64,000 bases of DNA, taken from assembly GCA_964291295.2 (NCBI GenBank), contig OZ219754.1, positions 768,001 through 832,000 on the forward strand, given 5' to 3'. Below are positions 59,222 to 64,000 of the stretch, one piece after another (positions within the stretch are counted from its first letter, which is position 1; each line of letters begins with the position of its first letter). The notes under the pieces were generated by a model. It did no database searches. It worked only from the letters and a program-made list of their open reading frames with translations, and was not told where the DNA came from. The position numbers were made by a program, and so were the translations under genes. Origin of the DNA: an uncultured Candidatus Binatia bacterium. Lineage in GTDB: Bacteria > Desulfobacterota > Binatia > UBA9968 > JAJDTQ01.

Positions 59222-59689
59222 CTATCCTCCCTGGGCGGCTTGGCGGAGCTGCCGGATGTCGAGTTTTTTCATTTGGAGGACAGCATCCATAACGCGGTTG
59301 GCGTTGGGGCCTGACATGAGCAAGGCGGGCAAGTCGGAGGGGATTATCTGCCAGGATACGCCGAAGCGGTCTTGCAGCCAGCCGCACTGAACTTCTGCGC
59401 CCCCGTCGGTGAGTTTTTCCCAAAGGTGGTCAATTTCGGCTTGGGTGTCGCAGGAGACCATGAAGGATATGGCGGGGGTGAACTCGAAGGCGGGACGGCC
59501 GTCGAAGGCTACGAATTGCACGCCGTCCAGTTCAAAAGCTACGGTGGAGCTGCCGGCGGCGGGGCCATCTCCGAAGGTATCGCTGGATACTATGCGGGAG
59601 TTTGAGAAGATTGAGACGTAAAAATCGGCAGCTTCGCGGGCGGTTCCGTCCAGCCAGAGGAACGGGGTGATTTTCTGAAACTCGGACAT
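59222..59689 (-). CDS. VOC family protein (PhnB/3-demethylubiquinone-9 3-methyltransferase-like)
   Basis: KITPFLW, FTPAISF, CGWLQDRFGVSWQI, MKKLDI. Confidence 0.92.
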   Translation of the reverse strand: MSEFQKITPFLWLDGTAREAADFYVSIFSNSRIVSSDTFGDGPAAGSSTVAFELDGVQFVAFDGRPAFEFTPAISFMVSCDTQAEIDHLWEKLTDGGAEVQCGWLQDRFGVSWQIIPSDLPALLMSGPNANRVMDAVLQMKKLDIRQLRQAAQGG

Positions 59690-60028
59690 GGGGTGCGCTC
59701 CGTTGATTGCCGGCTAATCGCCGGCGTCGAACTGGACCAGGATCACCTGAAGGAGGATCGACCGGCGCGGCCGCGGGCCGCGTCAGTTTCGAGGTAGCGG
59801 CGCCCCGTACCGGGCGGTCTCCCAGACCGCGCGACCGCCTCGATGTTGTCGCTCCAGCTACCCATGCCCGCAAGTTGACGCCGCCCCGGCGAACCCTGCA
59901 AGCCGCCCGTCAACTCCCGCCCGGCCGCCCCAGCCGGAACCACCACTCCCACCGTTGCCCGCCGCACCGCCGGGGGTCGCGCGCCGGTGATTCGCCCTGC
60001 AGCTGTCATACATATAGAGCAGGCCACG

Positions 60029-62838
60029 TCATACTCGAAACACCTTCATGGCCTCGTCGCCGAGGTGATTGATGACCTTGACGGCGATGCGGCCGGAGGC
60101 TGGGCGCGGGAACGGGCGTGAGACGTCGCTGTTGAGCGTGGCCCAGGCGTCGGCGTCGATCTCTGCCTTCAGTGTCGTCTTCAGCGCCTTGTAGGGGTTG
60201 TTCGCTCCCAGGAAGTAGGCGTGGCGGACGAAAAAACTCTCCTCGTTGTAGTTGGTGTCCACGAACCAGCAGGCGATGCCGTCGGCGCCATCGCTCCGGA
60301 TCTCTCCGGTGTTGGGGTGGAAGACATCCACTCCCTTGATCCGCACCCGGATGTTGTCGGCGTCGTCTTCCAGGATATCGATATCGGGCTCGCCGAAGAT
60401 GACGAACAGGTTGCCGTTGCCGGTTTTCCTGAGGTCGTCGGCCATGTGCAGGTCGGCGTTCATGCGCGCCTTCAGCACCGGGATGGGTCCCAGTTTATCG
60501 AACTCGGCGGCGTGGGCTTCGTAGCTGAAGGCGCAGGCGATCAATACGTCGAAGCCGGCGTCGGCGGCTTCACGTGCGGCGGCCACCAGGTCGGGCCGCG
60601 TCACGGTGCCGAACTCCGGGCCGATGAAGACACCGGCCCGGCGCGTGGCGGCGTTCTCGCCGCCACCCTCCACATAATGTCCCTTGGCGCAGACGTAGTG
60701 GCCGGGCCAGGGCGTCAGCGACGAGAAGGCGATGCGGTCCTCCTTGTGCGCCTGCTGCAGGCCGGCGGTCTTGAGATTCTCCAGGATCATTTCGACAAAT
60801 TTCGGCGCCTCGTCGTAGCCGGGCTCCTGGTCAGCGACTCCGGTGACGAGTTCGTCATACTCGTCCAGCACCAGCGTCCGGTGCGGCGCCAGGCTTTCGA
60901 CCGTGAAAGGACCGGCGACGCGGATGCGCGCGTTGTCAACATGGGGCTTGTCGTAAAGGTATTCGTATTCCGCCTTGGCGGCGATGGAGGCGTCGATTTC
61001 CTTCTGCCGGGCGATGCGCGCCTGCCAGAAGGCGGCGTGCGCGTCCACGGCATCGCCCGGCCAGTCCTCCCCGGTTTCGCGCGCGTTGGGGGGGGGGGGG
61101 GGGGGGGGGGTACTTCCCACTCCTCCCACGTCTTTTCGAGAATGCCGTTGAGCCGGGCGCGGAGAGGCTCCAGAATCTTCTGCCATTTCTCCCAGATCAC
61201 GTCGATCTCGGCGTTGTCGGCAATGGACTTGAGGGTGATGTGAGGCACACGCTCGTAGACGAAACCCTGGCGGATATCGCCTCCCGTTGGCGCTGTCGAC
61301 GGCGCCCGTCCTGCGATCTTCGCCTCTTCTTGTTGCCCCTCGGGGCTGTCGGCAAGCAGATACCAAGGATAGCGCGCGCCCATGATGCGGGCACGGGCCA
61401 AGGCCAGAGCAACACGGGAGGTATCGATGGTGATCCAGCGCCGGCCCCACTGCTCGGCGACGTAAGCGGTGGTGCCGGAGCCGCAGGTGGGGTCCAGCAC
61501 CAAGTCGCCGGGGTCGGTGGTCATGAGGATGCAGCGTGATACCGGATTTGTCGATGTCTGTACAATGTAGGACTTTTCAATCTCCGGTCCGGTGTCGCCC
61601 CAGGAATTGGAAATCTCAAAAGCCGGATAGTCATCGTGGTAATACTTTGCACGAAGGGCCGTTCTGTCAGGATGGATCCTGGATGCCTTGCAGAGCCTTT
61701 CAAATCCGACTGGCGAATACCGCCAACTTCTCATTGGCGGTATTCGCCAGTCGGATTTGAAAACCCTTCTCGGCTCATGATCCCCGGAAGCCATCGAATG
61801 CACTGGAAGTTTCTGATAAGGCCGGGACATTTCCGGGCATTTGGACGGATCCCTGCGTTCTTCTTTGGTCATGGGGCGTCTGGTCACGCCATCTTCCATC
61901 TCCAATTGATTGTACATGGTCGTGTCCAATACCTTGTCTTCCAGCAATCTCCGGAACTTGATTGCATCCGAACTCCTGCAGTACCAGACAATGAAGTCCG
62001 ATATGCGCTTGACAGAGTTCTGCTGTGTGGTACCGCTGCTCGTTCGATAAGTGATGAGGCTTACAAAATTCTCCGCCCCGAACACTTCATCCATCAACAA
62101 CCGCACCCGGTGGACGTTTTCATCGCCGATCTGAACAAATACTGATCCGCTTTCCGACAGCAATTCCCGTGCCGCCGTGAGCCGATCGCGCAGATAGCCA
62201 AGGTACGAGTGGACGCCGTCGCGCCAAGTGTCGCGAAAGGCCTTCACCTGCTCGGGTTCGCGGGTGATGTGGGCGGCATTGCCGTCCTTCACGTCGCGGC
62301 TGGTGGTGGACCACTGGAAGTTGGAGTTGAACTTGATGCCGTAGGGCGGGTCGATATAGATGCATTGCACCTTGCCGCGCAGGCCTTCGCGTTCCGCCAG
62401 CGACGCCATCACCCGCAGGCTGTCGCCCAGGATCATGCGGTTCGACCAGTTGGCGTCGTGCTGGTAGAATTCGGTGCGCGCATCTTCGTTCGGCAGGCCG
62501 TTGAAAGCGGCAAAGAGATCGGGCTGGATTGGCGGTTCCTCCCCCCGCCGTTGCTTCGTCTGCCGCAGCAGGTCGTCGATCACGACCTTGGGGTGCACCT
62601 TCTCCTGGATGTAGAGCGGCGGCGCCTGCACCACGAGGTCGGCCGCATCCTGCGCTTCCTTGCCGCGCCAGACGAGTTGCGGATCGAGGTCGCGGTTGCG
62701 GCGCTCATAGGCTACTCGGACCGGCACCTTTTCATCTTCGGACAGGATCGTATGGTACTCCGCGGTCGGGATGTTGCGCCGCGCAGCATCGCCGTGGATC
62801 AGCGTTTCGACCGCCTTGGACTTCTTGCCGCTCGCCAT
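60029..62838 (-). CDS. mod: Type III R-M methyltransferase Mod (beta class), frameshifted at a C23 tract
   Basis: YIDPPYGIKFNSN, DPTCGSGTT, YERVPHITLKSIA, RVAGPFTVES, IAVKVINHLGDE; ORFs 60787-62838 and 60029-61450 join at the homopolymer. Confidence 0.88.
61088..61110. repeat. G23 homopolymer (C23 on the mod coding strand)
   Basis: Read directly. Confidence 0.9.
61698..61762. repeat. Perfect 29-bp inverted repeat with a 7-nt loop inside mod
   Basis: tttcaaatccgactggcgaataccgccaa-cttctca-ttggcggtattcgccagtcggatttgaaa. Confidence 0.9.
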
Positions 62839-62853
62839 GCCGCTCCCTCGCCC

Positions 62854-64000
62854 TCAGACCGCCTGTGGTGACACGAAGGCATTGATGAGTCTGTCGAACT
62901 CCGACTCGATTTCGTGCACGTCCGTGAATTCCGCAAAAGCCCAGCGGCCGTAGTCACCGCGATTGTTCACGCCCGGCACCCAGTAAGTGTCCATGGTCTT
63001 TTTCTTGTCCTTCGCATCCTCTCCACGGTAGCCCTTGATCTCGACGATCAGGTGAAGCGGATGGTCCTTGCCCTTCCCGTCGTCCACCAGAACGATGAAG
63101 TCGGGGATGTAAGTCCGGGCCTCGCCGCCATGGCGGTAGGGAACTTCAAGGCCGAGTCGGTGGTTCTTGACATAGGCGCGCACGCTGGGATGCGTCTCCG
63201 CAACGCGACAGAATTCGGTTTCCCAGGTGCTGTCGCATACAATCCAGTTGAGATGACAGCGATTGAATGCAGCCTGCCAGAGTTCCTTCTTCGAGGTCAT
63301 GAAGTTGACATGGAACGTGGAGCCGTCCGGGTTGTAAGGATCGAGCACGGCCTTGACCCGGTGCTCACCCACATGACGGGCGACAATGCCCTGCGTGATG
63401 CGCTCGCAAGCCATGTCCGCGAGCTTCTGATACATGAGCTGTGCCGGGTAAGTATCGCCTTTGCAGACGAGATGATTGTCGAGCCAGTACCGTGCGACCC
63501 GCTTGAGTTGACCGAACAAGTGAAGCTTCGGACTTTCGTTTGGATCGCGCCACTTCGTCTCCAGCAGCCGCCGGGTCAGGTGGAACAGCAAGGTCGAGCG
63601 GCGCAGACCGCCGGTGTGACCCAGGTCGAGGTCCACTCCCTTGCCGATGATACCCTCATTGCGGGTAATCGAGGGGCCGACAAGGTCGGGGGTCAACTCA
63701 AGCGTCGAATCATCATCGAACCTTGCCCGCAGACGCTCCTCCGGAAGGTCGACGCGGTAGCCGGCGACGCGCGGGAAGCGGATTTCACAGGCATCCCGTT
63801 CCGGCGTAACGGCCTTGACCTGAACGGTCTTGCGGGGCGGCTGCGCCGGTGCAACCACGGGCCGCGCCGTGAAGTCGAAGGGAATGCCGAGTACATCGGC
63901 ATACTCGACAGGAAGCACGCCCGCGTCGTTCAATTCGTAAGATTGCCGGCGCAGCGCCCGGCCTACCGCCTGTTCGCACAGAAGCTGGGTGCCGAAGGCG
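62854..64000 (-). CDS. res: Type III restriction endonuclease Res (C-terminal part; continues beyond the window)
   Basis: AFGTQLLCEQAVGRALRR (helicase motif VI), YADVLGIPF, YIPDFIV...VEIKG (PD-(D/E)xK). Confidence 0.9.
   Translation of the reverse strand, partial: AFGTQLLCEQAVGRALRRQSYELNDAGVLPVEYADVLGIPFDFTARPVVAPAQPPRKTVQVKAVTPERDACEIRFPRVAGYRVDLPEERLRARFDDDSTLELTPDLVGPSITRNEGIIGKGVDLDLGHTGGLRRSTLLFHLTRRLLETKWRDPNESPKLHLFGQLKRVARYWLDNHLVCKGDTYPAQLMYQKLADMACERITQGIVARHVGEHRVKAVLDPYNPDGSTFHVNFMTSKKELWQAAFNRCHLNWIVCDSTWETEFCRVAETHPSVRAYVKNHRLGLEVPYRHGGEARTYIPDFIVLVDDGKGKDHPLHLIVEIKGYRGEDAKDKKKTMDTYWVPGVNNRGDYGRWAFAEFTDVHEIESEFDRLINAFVSPQAV

Overview
High-GC bacterial chromosomal segment. The backbone is catabolic and housekeeping genes: SDRs, amidohydrolases, amidase, nitrilase, LigB-type dioxygenase, UbiD, XDH-family subunit, uup, msrA and a znuABC-type metal transporter. 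It is interrupted by several compositionally distinct defence-type insertions. The strongest candidate for an undescribed system is a 7-gene island at ~2.8-11.1 kb: cysteine desulfurase (DndA/IscS-like), DndC-like PAPS-reductase-fold sulfurtransferase, DUF262+HNH (SspE/GmrSD-like) nuclease, minimal SNF2 ATPase, ParB CTPase-like protein, CTPase-less ParB-HTH protein and a beta-CASP metallo-beta-lactamase nuclease. It looks like a DNA-phosphorothioation defence locus lacking dndDE/dndFGH and sspBCD. Other notable items are an SNF2 + Hsp70/ASKHA-ATPase two-gene cassette, a UGA-recoded (UxxC) redoxin with a SECIS-like hairpin, a type II R-M locus with an internally deleted endonuclease, a type III R-M mod gene frameshifted at a C23 tract with a perfect 29-bp hairpin in its variable region, and a family of ~100-bp IS5-type MITEs. 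All calls come from motif reading only; no database searches were run.
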